A DNA stretch of 64,000 nucleotides from Rhynchopus sp. YZ270_cl-10 (taxonomy: Eukaryota): assembly GCA_964035575.1 (NCBI GenBank), contig OZ037836.1:992001-1056000 (forward strand), written 5' to 3'. Position 1 is the stretch's first letter. Every line of letters begins with the position of its first letter. This document shows, in pieces, positions 39,483-51,593 of the stretch. The translations under genes and the position numbers were made by a program. The notes below the pieces were generated by a model, which was not told the DNA's origin, ran no database searches, and worked only from the letters and a program-made list of their open reading frames with translations.

Positions 39483-40675
39483 TATATTTATGCCTGAAGC
39501 ACACAAAGTGAGAGAAGAGGGAAACTACAGCGAATCTAACGTCCCAGATCTCTCCTGACAAAGGAAACAGAAAACTATCAGAAAGCTGCCACGACCCAAA
39601 CATTTTATTTCCCACCCCAACAACAACGATAAAGCGTGAAGACAATAGAACGAAAAAAAATTTCTTCACAGTAACAAAGTGTGAGGAAGAAGAAAAGAAA
39701 GCGAATAAAAACGAAAAAACAGTGTTTTTCTGAATGTGATGTTGTTGTTGGGGTGAGGAGAATAAAACAGTTCCAAGAAAAGCTCCTGCGTCGGTTTTCT
39801 TTTGGTTAAAAAAAAATAGGGTGAAAGTCAAATGTATACACATATCACTCATTCTCCGAAATTGCGTATCATTTTTCAGATTTTTCACTCACTCGACCCA
39901 GATGCATATTTTTTATCGTCCGACCCCGGAATTGAACGTTTCGAAACCGCGCTTTCAAAAGAAATAAAAATCTCAAAAAAATAAAAAAAATCTTTTTTCT
40001 GAAATCACCGCGAGAGTTTTTACCTCCCACTCTCAGCAACAGGTGAGAAAAGGACAGATGCATAATTTTTTCTGAAAATACGCGGAATGGTGTTTCCGGA
40101 CTCCAAACTTTTCAAAGAAAAAAAAATCGAGTATTTTAGTCAAAAAACTATTAAATTAAATTGGCTCCATTGTATAATACCCATATATAGGGCAATTCGG
40201 GTGCAATTTGGGTGTAAAAATGGGGTTGGCTCCACCGAAACCTGGCTGACATATAGTATTTTTCCGGCGGAAAAAAATCGTCAGAATTGAGAGAATTGTT
40301 GAAAATAATTCAAAGAAAAAAAAATCGGCAACTTTTGATAAAAACGTTTTTAGTGGAATAAGTCACCGAAAACCACCCAAAAAGGGGTTTCTAACCTGAT
40401 CTCTTAGGAAAGTATAGGGAATACCTGAAAACGCCCCCCTCTCCCAAAATCCTTTGCGACATGAAGAGAGGCATAAAAAAAATCGTCCGACCCCGGAATT
40501 GAACGTTTTCACACCCGATCTTTCACACGGTGCAGTCTGTCCTGGAAATGTCGGACCCTTTTGTCGGAGTCCGAGGGGGTCCGACAGTCGGACCCCCTGA
40601 GTCCGACAGTCGGACTCAGGGGTCCGACTGTCGGACCCCTGAGTCCGACTGCCGGACCCTGGGGTCCGACAGGCA

Positions 40676-40860
40676 CACCCAGGTGCCCAGGTACCCAGGT
40701 ACCCAGGTACCCAGGTACCCAGGTACCCAGGTACCCAGGTACCCAGGTACCCAGGTACCCAGGTACCCAGGTACCCAGGTACCCAGGTACCCAGGTACCC
40801 AGGTACCCAGGTACCCAGGTACCCAGGTACCCAGGTACCCAGGTACCCAGGTACCCAGGT
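40676..40860. repeat. (GGTACCCA)n microsatellite, ~23 copies
   Basis: 8-bp tandem repeat, read directly. Confidence 0.97.
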
Positions 40861-40889
40861 CCAGGTCCAGGAACAGGCACCCAGGAACA

Positions 40890-42145
40890 GGAAAAAAGTC
40901 GTGAAAGAGCAACCACAGCTCCACATGACAAACACAAAAGTGTCCAGTCACGTGGGGCATTCATGCACCGAGGAGATAATGATCCAACAATTTACAAGAA
41001 AGATTACTTAACCTACTGCTGGAAATTGCCAGGTCGTAGTAACACACAAAGTGTGCCTCCGTTCGGGAAGACCGGATATTCTAGAGACCAAAAAGGCCTC
41101 AAGAATATCTTCCGGTAGTCAAGGTATAACCGAGTGAACGGCCCAAGACCCCCGTGGAGAAGTTAAATGTTGTAATGCTATCAGGTAGAAACTGCGAACA
41201 CTGTCTTACCCTCCTCAATGCATGGTGGAAGATGTCTTACACAACCAATATCCTGTACCCAGGTACCCATATTCCCAGACCCACGCAGTACCACGTCGCA
41301 GTACTACGCAAAATTTACCACCAGACCCTGTCTTCGTGCACCTGAAGTACAACGCCGCAGACAGGCCAAACATGCGTTGGACTCAGAGGAATGCCCGCTG
41401 TGCAGGTATCAATGAGAACCAACTCCCAGCAACAAGGGGCGCCTTTTGGCGGGCGTTGTTGAGGGTGTTTGGGGTGCAAAGTTTTCCACAATTTTGATGC
41501 GCGGGTACAGAAGTGTTGTCTTGTTCTTTCATCTCTAGGAATGTAAATGTCAATCGCGTTTAACTACCACGAGGGCTTGTTTAGTGAACCCACGAGGGGT
41601 CGAAGGGGGTTGGTTATCCCATATCTATCAAAGGTTGTGTCGACCAGGCGAATCCACTATGTTACGCTGTATGATGATAAATCCGAAGAAATAACAGTGC
41701 ATAGCAACTGCAGGAAGTTTGTTAAAAAGAGTGCCTCACGCTACACAAACCACCACCCGCGATTGACTTAGATGTTATAACAAAGAGAATTCAGAACAAA
41801 ACAACACCCTGCCCCATACACACTAAATTGTCATGCTTCAAGAACATGCCTGGGCCAAAATTACTATGACGAAAAGGCAACAAGACCACCCACAAGGAGT
41901 GTGAATTGTGCACTGGTTTTCTGGGGGAACGCAATATTTTCTTGTGTCTAGTCCTCTGCAAGCAGAGGACAGACTTTCCGGAAAGTTTCCAAAGGTCGAA
42001 TTTCTTGCACTAGCTATGCTCCCTGGGTTAAATGGCAATAGCAGTGACTGACTTCTGAGAGAAATAGGGTACTTAAAACCCAATTTTCATTGTTTTGGTG
42101 TAATCCTGTTGAGGGATGGTGGGGAGGTGTGGGTGTGGGTGGGTG
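40890..42145 (+). pseudogene. Core repeat containing a decayed Ulp1/C48 cysteine-protease-like reading frame
   Basis: LVIPYLSKVVSTRRIHYVTLYDDKSEEITVHS (His/Asp region) and, in another frame, RQQDHPQGV*..CAL (Gln/Cys region; paralog at ~58770-58810 reads RQQDHPQGVLNCALS); inverted copy at 49790-51090. Confidence 0.45.
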
Positions 42146-42343
42146 AAAAAAAAAAGGGTGGGGCAAGCATTTCATGATGAGATTATGAAGTGAACAACAA
42201 AAAAAAAGAGTGAATACCCAAATGAAAAAAAAACAAAAAAATATTAGTGGAGCACACTCTAGGGTGGCTACACTAATACAACCAACTTTTCAAAAACAAA
42301 AAAACAAAATGCATGATCCTCACCCACTGTACCTGATCTGATA

Positions 42344-44261
42344 CTACGCATGACCTTCACAATGTGCTACCCATTCTTCAGAAGATTGAAACAACAAAAA
42401 ACATAATTTGCATCTGTTCTCTTCAAAAAAAAAATCTGGATGTTTCAACTCCATGTGCCTAGTCAAAGATTTGACTGTTTTGCTACACGGAGATATGGGA
42501 CAAACAGCACTGAGACTGCTGTCTTTCCTGCGATGTGTGTTGTCAATGTGAACCGCAAGAGAATTTGCGGCCATTGGCTTCTCACAAAAATCACACGCCG
42601 CAGTGCCGTCTCCCTCCGGTTCCTCATTCCCTTGTGAACCGTTCTCCTCGTCACACTCTGCAATTGCAGCAGCTTCAAACTCATTAAATTTGTTATCACT
42701 GGCTACAAAAAGCTCAAATTTTTCATCAGATGGAGGGTCTGTAGAACAGATGCACACTTTTGCGCGTCCTCTCCCTTTTGGAAAACGAAAAAGACAGTAT
42801 CCCCCCGAAAAAAAAACAAAACCACTTTTTTTCTCACTGAGTTGCGTGCACAAAACGTACGTCGCGAGTACCATCGCATGCGTGCTACTGATGCAGGGAC
42901 AGAGGATGATGTCCTTTTTCCCCTTTAGCCCTTCATCAGATAGGTCCGCTACCTTCCACGGGGTCTGCCTCGCCCTCCTCGCCACCTCTGAGGTTGCCTG
43001 AATTTCTTCGTAGGTGGCGACACTCGTGTTACTCGCACCACGCTTCCTCTGTCCGTTCTCCTGTTCCTCTGGCTCGTCGTTGTTGAGGAGAGGAACAGCA
43101 TCTAGCGGACTCCACCAGTGCTGCATGCTGTGGCAGTAGGTGCTGAGGGTGCTCTTGGGGGAGACGGTTTCCATGAGGCACAAGAAAACGTGGCCTGCGA
43201 TGCGTGCGCGAAGAAAGGGGAAGAGAGCCGCGGGCTCAGCCTTCGCATGGTGCCTCCAAGGGACGTCGCCGTACCTGAAGTTCGACAGCTCACTCAAAGA
43301 AATGAACATGAGTCTGTCGACGAGGGGGTAATCCGCCAGTTCAGCCATTTTGCGGATCACGTCCCGCATTTGGCTCCCTTTGGAGTTCCCCCCGCTCAGG
43401 TCGTACCTGAAGTGTCGGCACACACTGTCGAAGACACCAGTGGTCTGGGGCTTCATGACATCGCGCAAACTCAGCCATACCCTTGAGGTCGTGCAGGGGG
43501 GGGGCTGACGAAGTGAGCGTTTGGGGCTACTCCTGCGAGGAAAGAAGGAAAGCCGGCATCCGACATCTCTTGCAAGGAGAGGTGGGGAAAGCGGTGCGTC
43601 ATCAGCAGCCACTGCGACATTGGGATGGCACACATGGTACACTTGTGGCCCCTCCCCCCGCAACCCTTCACCTTACACCACTGGTCAAGGTGGTCACCAG
43701 TGATCTTCAGCACGAAGAACCGGCTCACGAGAGTCCGCGGTTTGCCCTTTCGCTCCACGTTCCTCATGACACTTGACCTGTGCACGAGTGCAATATCGTC
43801 AATGAGGGTGCCGTGCTCCCACACCGCATACTCCGCCTTCTTCAGGTCAACCACCGTCAATCCCCTGGTTGATAAGCCGGAGAGGGGGTCTATGATGCCC
43901 ACGGAGAAGCGCGTGCGTGCATTACTCGGTTTCATGCCGAATGGGGTGTAGCCATCACTGTACAGCACCAAGGCCAGCGCAGCTGACGACCTGATGTGGC
44001 CAAGAGCGACAAACTCTTCCTCCAAGTACTCGCATGTACCAAGCAACCCCCTGTGCAGCCTCTCCCTCGTCTCTTCGCGCTGCGGCTCCTCTATGACACG
44101 CATGCGTTTCGGGCTCAACCCCGCGGATTCCCCCGTTTCCTCACGATGACGCTTGTTCGCCTTGCCGAACCACCGCCGGGACGGGCCCTCGCCTTCTAGG
44201 TGCATGGCCTCCAGCGTTTCGGGGAAACTCTGACCTTGCCGTGACTGATCATTTTGTGACA
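42344..44261 (-). pseudogene. RAG1/Transib/CMC-like DDE transposase with three C-terminal C2H2 zinc fingers; frameshifted at ~43465-43505
   Basis: Ordered motifs LVLYSDGYTPF (D1), ITGDHLDQ (D2), GHKCTMC, PPLHDLKG (third frame, across the G9 run), STYCHSMQH and NDEPEEQEN (E); then CDFC..H..H, CPISPC..H..H and CKLC..H..H. Confidence 0.75.
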
Positions 44262-44307
44262 TACTGGGCACTGGAGGATAAATGTGATAAGAAAATGTGT
44301 ACAAATA

Positions 44308-44766
44308 CACGGTGGACTTCGGAATGACATTACGTGACGAGTGATGGGGGCAGAAACGGGGTGAAAATACGCGCGCTACGTCGTCATGACGGGGGCACCC
44401 CCACGTTATGACGACGTCATACCCAAATTTTCGTTGTTTTACCAAAGACAAGTCGATTTTTTGACCCATTTTTTTTTTTTTTGTTTGTTTTTTCCCAAAG
44501 TCGGGCTGGGGACACGATGGTGAAGTAAATGACTTGACTTGTGGTTTCACCGTTGGCTTACAACGGTGAAACCACAAGTCAAGTCATTTACTTCACCATC
44601 GTTGAGGTCATCAAGGAACGCACCCCCTCGTCATGATGACGTCATGATGACGTCATCATGTTGGCGACGTTCGTTGTAATTACGACAGCATGACGAAGTG
44701 TGCCCTCGTCATGATGCCGTAATTACGACGGCATCACTCCCGTAATGTCCTTACGAGCCCACTGTG
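44308..44766. mobile_element. Foldback/MITE with CACGGTGG / CCCACTGTG (Transib-like) ends and an internal 42-bp perfect hairpin
   Basis: Imperfect TIR CACGGTGGACTTCGGAATGACATTACG vs CGTAATGTCCTTACGAGCCCACTGTG; GTCATGAC/TGACGTCA repeats; stem 44514-44555 pairs with 44561-44602; no TSD seen. Confidence 0.55.
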
Positions 44767-45089
44767 AAGGTCAAAATGTTGTTCACCAAAAAAAAAAAAA
44801 AAAACCCTCCCTCTTTTTTTTTTTCTTTTGGATTCTCACTTGATCATGATGCATGGTACGAAAGCAAAAAGAGGGGGGGAAATCACATGTAAGGGACTCC
44901 ATCTTATCTTATTGTGTGAAACAGACTAACATGACAACGCTAGATACGACTGCCAACGCAGAACGGGGTCCCAAATGCAGTACCGACCCCCAGTGAACCG
45001 TATAAACGGTTCACTGGGGGGGGAGGTCCTCAGGGAAAATAGATAACAAGAAAACAACAAAGGATACCAGTAAAAATTTGAAAAAAAAA

Positions 45090-46241
45090 TCAGAGGTTTT
45101 CAACAACCTGGGTTTGCGGGTTTCCGGAAAAAGCATCCTGTGAAAGGACGGTGACACCGGCCGATGGTAACATCGACTCACCCTCACCCTCCTCCTCCTC
45201 CTCCTCCTCCTCTTCCCCTTCCCCGAGGTCCACCCCCATCAGATCGATGTACTTCTGGCGGTCCACCTTGCCCAGCCCCTGCCTGCTCTCCTTCACCTGC
45301 TCCATAACAATCTGTGTAGTTATTATTGGATAACAGTCAAAAAGTTGCAGGAAAAGGTACCAAGTAACACACCTTTACCTCCCACAAGGCAATCTGCCCG
45401 TCAACAGGAGCGCAGGAAATGGCCTTGTCCTCACGGGATGGGCGGGGCAAGAAGTAATCCACCCTGTACACACCCGAGGGATGGGTTGAGCCTTCGGGCA
45501 CTCTGCGCGTACACTGCAGGTCAACCTTATTCGCATTCACAAGGTATGCGATGTCGACAAAGCACCCTTCGATGCGCATTGTGTGCGTGTCGTTTTCGAC
45601 AGGAAGAGGGGTGAGGGTGGGGAAAGTCTTCTCCTGCAGAGTCGACAGCTGCGCCTTAGGCTTCGCTGAGTAGAGCGAGCACATATCACAGTCCCTGTAC
45701 TTAGGGAGGATGCTCTCCCTCACTCGCACGTAGAGTTTGTTCTTGGCAGAGGTTTCTGCTTTCCACCCAGTGATCATGAAAGAACGAAGACACACACCAT
45801 ACAGCTGCACAAGGTGCTTGCCGTCTGTTGCCCTCTTGGCGACCTATGTATACAAATGAATGTAGTAGCATAGTGTAATACCAAATAAGGGAGCATACCT
45901 TATAGTATGATGGCAACCTTTTGTCTTCAGTCGCGGCGTCGTGTTGGGTCACGCTGAGCTTCGTGTCCAGTCCCGGGTACACGTTCACCAATGCGTTCAT
46001 CATGGTGGGGGAGTTGGGGTGCACAGTGGCGCCGGTGATTCTCGCATATAAAAGTTTTAGATGCGAGAGCACCATCACGTTCCCTGCTTGCGACTGGGTG
46101 TACAGTGATAAAGTCAGTCTCCGGTGTATTCGCCTTTGCCGGTTGTGGTTGTCCATTCTGGTCCTCCCTTTTCCTTTTTCCAGACGCAGTCGGTGCCGCT
46201 TTGGCTGCCGGTTTGGGTGCCGCTTTGGTTTTGGGTGCCAT
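45090..46241 (-). CDS. Unknown protein with basic N-terminus and acidic C-terminal tail; two short GT-AG introns and one apparent frameshift
   Basis: ATG at 46241 (MAPKTKAAPKP..KRKR); frame change near 46110. Intron 45844-45898 joins YYK|VAKR in frame; intron 45312-45372 (or -45378) joins in frame to IVMEQ..EEEEEEEEE..VVENL*. Confidence 0.65.
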
Positions 46242-47230
46242 TTTTTGATGTGTTTGAGTCTGAGAAAAGGAAATGGGGAGACAGACACAAAAGCAAAAAA
46301 GGGAAGGCTCGTTTTTCCATTTATTGTTACAGTAACAATTGTTACTTTGTAACAATAAATGAAAAAACGAGCCTTCCCAAAGAGGCAAAAAAAATCACTT
46401 TCCCATCCCGCCGGGGTATACGCAACCGTACTGTATTCCGCAAACCCGTAAACCCTTGCGGGTTTACGGGTTTGCGGAATACATTATTGTTCTTTTTTTT
46501 ACTGGTATCCTTTTGTTGCTTTCTTGTTCTTTCTTTTATCCCCCAAAAACCATCATATCTCTTACCGATCGCCCTGGTTTGGACCAACAAAAAAAAAAAA
46601 AACCCCCCCCAAAGAAAATGAGTTTTAATGAAGTTTTCGCTTAAAATCCATTAAAACCCCCTTGACCGGCAGTCGGGGCTCGTGTTGTCATGCTAGTCTG
46701 TTCCCCCCCCACACCAAAAAAATGATGTGCAAAAATCATGTGTTTTGACCATGTCCGGGTACACCAAATACACACATCTCTGAACAAGCCTATACCCAGT
46801 AGTAGGCAACAAGGCCATTTTTTGACCAAAAAATAATTTCCCCCTCCCAAAAAAATTGGGCGTGGTAGGTCATAAAATGGCCCAAAAAATCCAAAGAAAA
46901 CCTCAGATTGACCAAACAAGGAAAAAAATTTTCAAGTCAAATTTTCAGTCAAAATACGGCTATTTTGGTTATAGCATGTGTACTGTAGTGACTATACAAG
47001 GCGATTTTCGGCCAAAAAAATTTTTTTGGCCGAAAAAAAAAATTTTTTTTTCGGCCCAAAAAAAATTTTTTTTTTTTTTTTTTTTTTTTTTGCATTTTTT
47101 TTGCATTTTTTTTTTTTTTTTTTTTTTTTTGCATTTTTGGATTTTTTTTCATGCTTTTTCTGTAACCTCTCTCTCTTTTACGGCAGGTGACCGGTTGAGG
47201 CGATACTTCCGGACTGAGGAAGGGCATTCT

Positions 47231-49177
47231 TTTACTTTTTTATTTGCCTGGAGGGGGTACGGGGCGGCCTCTTGTAAGTTTGTTTTTGTTTGTAGTCTTT
47301 TGTTGGTTTAGGGGCGTGGCTGACGACACGATGAACCTCCTTGGTTCAAAGCTGTTAACGACGTCTAGCCAGGCCTGGCTGTACACTCTAGTCTATAAAA
47401 GGGGGAGGGGGGGGGAAACGAAAAAGGAAAAGTAGAAAAATGGTGACTCTAGTGTCTATGTGGCGTTTCGACGACGCGTCTGCACAAGGCTCCGCAGGCG
47501 ATTGTACAGCTCCGCCGACTTCTTCAGCTCCCACTGGTTCAACATCGGCTTCACTGCATTCCTCCACCGCCCACAGTACTCGAAAGCCTCCGCTGCCGTC
47601 AGTCCGTACCCACCTTGGGAGCTGAAATGAGTGGTATTGGGATAGAACAGTCCCTCCCACTCTTCGGCCGTCTCTGGAGTAGGCAAGTCAAACCCGGGGC
47701 AGGGCGCTATGTCATTCCATACCGGCACAGAGTTCGGGAGGGCTGGTGGTGCGGATTGGGAGCCACTCTCCGATGTTGTGTCTGTGCTGGGGACCGATGA
47801 TGCGCCTGGCAAAGGAACTGCGGGTTGGGACCTGTCGAGGAGGTCCGCGGAGTACGCACTGCCTTGCGAGGCGTCGTGTGGCTGTTCACTCGTGTCAGCG
47901 CGGGAGTGAGCTGCCTCAGAGGACGTGAATACGGGGGGGGCTGGGGTGGTGTTTGAATAGCCACTCCCCGTATGTGTCCTGGTGGGCTGCACCTGCGATG
48001 AAGCGGTTGGCGGAACAGCGTGGGGCTGCACTCTCGTGTTGGAGGTTGAGGGAGCTGCTGCAACAGGCGCGGGTACGGGGAGGGCTGAGTGGGTGTTGGA
48101 ATAGCCACTCTCCGTATGTGCCTGATGCTGCTGAGACGCGGCCGATCCAGCAAGCGACTGCGACGAGGTGCCAGGTTGGACAGGGGTCTGCTCTACGTGG
48201 GGCGCACACGAAGTAGGGAGGGCTGGTGCTGTGTTAGAGTAGCCACTCTCTGCTTCGGACTTCGCAAGGTTACGGAGCCGGCCGCCAAGCATCGAAGCCC
48301 ACTGCTGGTCCCCCCCACTCAAACTCGGCTTCATTGCCTCCCACCAACGAGTGAAGCACACTAGAGCGTTAGCAGCTGACATAGACGCGCCCTCGGGATC
48401 GGCGTGAGTGGCAACGGGGTAGAACAAAACCCGCCACTCCTCTGGGGTCGCTGGGATCGGCCTGTTGTACCCAGGGCAGGGCGCCAAGTCGTTCCAGAAA
48501 ATCACATTGCTCGGGCACGGGAGGGCTGAATTGGTGTTGGAGTAGCCACTCGCCGTAGGTGTCTGATGTTGCTGAGGCTCGTCTGAAGCAGAGGGCGCTT
48601 GCGAGGTGTTAGGCTGGGGAACAGCGTGCGCGACGTGGGGCACCGAGGGCGCGGAGGCGGCAGGGAGGGCTGATTGTGTGGTAGAGTAGCCGCTCTCCTG
48701 TCCCTTGACGTCCGATGGTGCCTGTCTCATGGTGTCGTGTAGCTGTGCCCTCCTCATCTTCGCAGCCTCCGTGCTCTTAGCCACCCGGACTTGTTTCTGA
48801 TCCTTCACCAGGCTGTTGCTCTTGGGGTCCGTCGTCACCGTGCGCTCCGTCTTCTTCACAGAGCGCGGGTTGCTGGCGACCGGTAGGGCACGAGGGCAAG
48901 TTGAACCTAGGGGAAGACACGACAGGCACGCCCACCCCACGCACTCCCGACACTGCCAGTGGCGTTCACTGCCAAGAACAGCAGCCAAGCACAACTCGCA
49001 TCGCCCGAAATCCGCCCTCGTTTCGTCCTGAGGATAGTCCAGCAGAGCCTCGCGAGACACACATGTGAGCGACGGCAGGCGCGGGTTCGGCTCTTGCATC
49101 AGGAGGTACTGCGTCAGCTTCTCGGGGATGGTGACCGGTGTGAAGTGGCCCGCTACGTGACCGTCGTGGGCCAGCGT
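47231..49177 (-). mobile_element. 5'-truncated non-LTR retroelement copy (OTU C-terminal end, zinc finger, ESGYSNT repeats); ORF 47456-49177
   Basis: Divergent paralog of 60700-62254 including the 3' UTR ending CCAGGCAAATAAAAAA; starts at LAHDGHVAGHFTPV. Confidence 0.75.
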
Positions 49178-49610
49178 TTTTTTTGGGTCCGACTGTCGGA
49201 CCCCAGAGTCCGACAGACGGACCCCAGAGTCCGACAGTCGGACCCCCTGAGTCCGACTGTCGGACTCCAGAGTCCGACTGTCGGACTCAGGGGGTCCGAC
49301 TGTCGGACTCAGGGGGTAAGTCTGTTTTCGACACACTCTAAGCACGACAGACTGCACCGTGCAAAATAAAAAAAAAATAAATTTTTTTTTCTGGGGCGCG
49401 AGAAATTAGTAGGATCCGCCCGTCAACTCACACAGACGTTTAATGACCTCAGGGTGCAATATTTTTTTGCAAAAAGGCGCGGAATGGCATTTCCGGAGCG
49501 ATCTGAAAAATTCCGGGGTCGGAGAATTTTTTTAGTGAAAAAATAGTCACTTTAAATTGGCTCCATGGTTGGTCACAAGTGATACGCAGTTTCGGAGAAT
49601 GAGTGATATA

Positions 49611-51396
49611 CACAGGGTTATAGTCAGATCTATACACTCATTGTATATACAATTGTCAATTGTACATACAATTGTATAGAAATTGTATAGATCTGACTAT
49701 TTGATGTACAATCCCAACTTTTTTTATAGTCAGATCTATACAATTTATGTACAATCCCAGTACACAGGTTTGGCCAGGTTTCTGGCTATTGCCTCCCACC
49801 TACCCACACACACACCCACCCCTACAGGACTATACACAAAAAAATGGAAATTGGGTTTCGCACACCCGATTCTTCTCAGAAGTCAGTCACTGCTATTGCC
49901 ATTTAACCCAGGGAGCATAGCTAGTGCAAGAAATTCGACCGGAAACCTTCCGGAAAGTCTGTCCTCTGCTTGCAGAGGACTAGACACAAGAAAATATTGC
50001 GTTCCCCCAGAAAACCAGCGCACATTTCACACTCCTTGTGGGTGGTCTTGTTGCCTTTTCGTCATAGTAATTTTGGCCCAGGCATGCTCTTAAAGCATGA
50101 CAATTTAGTGTGTATGGGGCAGGGTGTTGTTTTGTTCTGAATTCTCTTTGTTATAACATCTAAGTCAATCGCGGGTGGTGGTTTGTGTAGCGTGAGGCAC
50201 TCTTTTTAGCAAACTTCCTGCGGCTGCTAAAGTGTTATTTCTTCGGATTTAACAACGTACAGCGTAACATAGTGGTTTAGCCTGGTCGACACAACCTTTG
50301 ATAGATACGGGATAACCAACCCCCTTCGACCCCTTGTGGGTTCACTGAACAAGCCCTAGTGGTAGTTAAACGCGATTGACATTTACATTCCTAGAGATGA
50401 AAGAACAAGACAACACTTCTGTACCCGCGCATCAAAATTGTGGAAAACTTTGCACCCCAAACACCCTCAACAACGCCCGCCAAAAGGCGCCCCTTGTTAC
50501 TGGGAGTTGGTTCTCATTGATACCTGCACAGCGGGCATTCCTCTGAGTCCAACGCATGTTTGGCCTGTCTGCGGCGTTGTACTTCAGGTACACGAAGACG
50601 GGGTCTGGTGGTAAATTTTGCGTAGTGTCGCATTCCCTCATGTGTGGGTCACTCACACTTGCGGTCATGTGCCACTGCGTGGGTTTGGGAATTTGGGTAC
50701 CTGGGTACAGGATATTTGTTGTGAAAGACATCTTCCACCATGCATTGAGGAGGGTAAGACAGTGCTCGCATTTTACTTGAAATCATTACAACATTTAACT
50801 TCTCCACGGGGGTCTTGGGCCGTTCACTCGGTTATACCTTGACTAGCGGCAGAGGCCTTTTAGGACTCTATAACTCCGATATTCCCGAACGGAGGCACAC
50901 TTTGTGTGTTACTACGACCTGGCAATTTCCAGCAGTAGGTTAAGTAATGTTTTCTTGTGAATTGGTGGATCATTATCTCCTCAGTGCATGAATGCCCCAC
51001 GCGACGGACACTTTTGTGTTTGTCAAGTGGACTGTCTGGTCACTTTTCAGTGACTGGCGGGTTGGCTGTGGTTGCTCTTTCACGACTTTTATCCTTGTAT
51101 CCAGTGTACCGTGTACCTGGGTACCTGGGTACCTGGGTACCTGGGTATGGCGTGTACAATCTCCCTCGAGTGTACAATCCAAAAATTGTATAGATCTGAC
51201 TTTTGTATAGTCAAATCTATACAATTTGTGTACGACCTAGTGTATACTGGGATTGTACATAAATTGTATAGATCTGACTATAAAAAAAGTTGGGATTGTA
51301 CATCAAATAGTCAGATCTATACAATTTCTATACAATTGTATGTACAATTGACAATTGTATATACAATGAGTGTATAGATCTGACTATAACCCTGTG
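49611..51396. mobile_element. 1.79-kb non-autonomous element with ~155-bp near-perfect TIRs
   Basis: TA|CACAGGGTTATAGTCAGATCTATAC ... GTATAGATCTGACTATAACCCTGTG|TA; interior is the core repeat plus (GGGTACCT)n. Confidence 0.85.
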
Positions 51397-51448
51397 TATA
51401 TGTGTATACATTTGACTTTCACCCAAAAAAATAAAAAATGAAACACCG

Positions 51449-51593
51449 GAGGCACGGCACTTTTGTGGAATTTTGTGGAATTTTGTGGAATTTTGTGGAA
51501 TTTCAAAAACTCGACTTCTACTTTTTCCCCTTATAAAAAAATTCCACAAAATTCCACAAAATTCCACAAAATTCCACAAAAGTGCCGTGCCTC
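51449..51593. mobile_element. Small foldback element made of inverted (TTTTGTGGAA)4 arrays
   Basis: GAGGCACGGCAC(TTTTGTGGAA)4 ... (TTCCACAAAA)4GTGCCGTGCCTC; no TSD seen. Confidence 0.7.

Larger units (their letters stand above)
40526..49361. mobile_element. 8.8-kb CMC(CACTA/Mirage/Chapaev)/Transib-like transposon with CACGGTG termini
   Basis: TIR CACGGTGCAGTCTGTC / GACAGACTGCACCGTG; 2-bp TSD CA; subterminal CCGACAGTCGG palindromic repeats at 40560-40670 and 49185-49315; rejoined flanks resemble the uninterrupted repeat at 39915-40170. Confidence 0.8.

Noticed and set aside
40363..41118. ORFs with GYLGTWVP/TQVPRYPG repeats
   Set aside because: Translations of (GGTACCCA)n.
45090..46241. RAG2 homolog
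   Set aside because: Only the acidic tail is reminiscent; no kelch or PHD pattern, and orientation differs from ProtoRAG.
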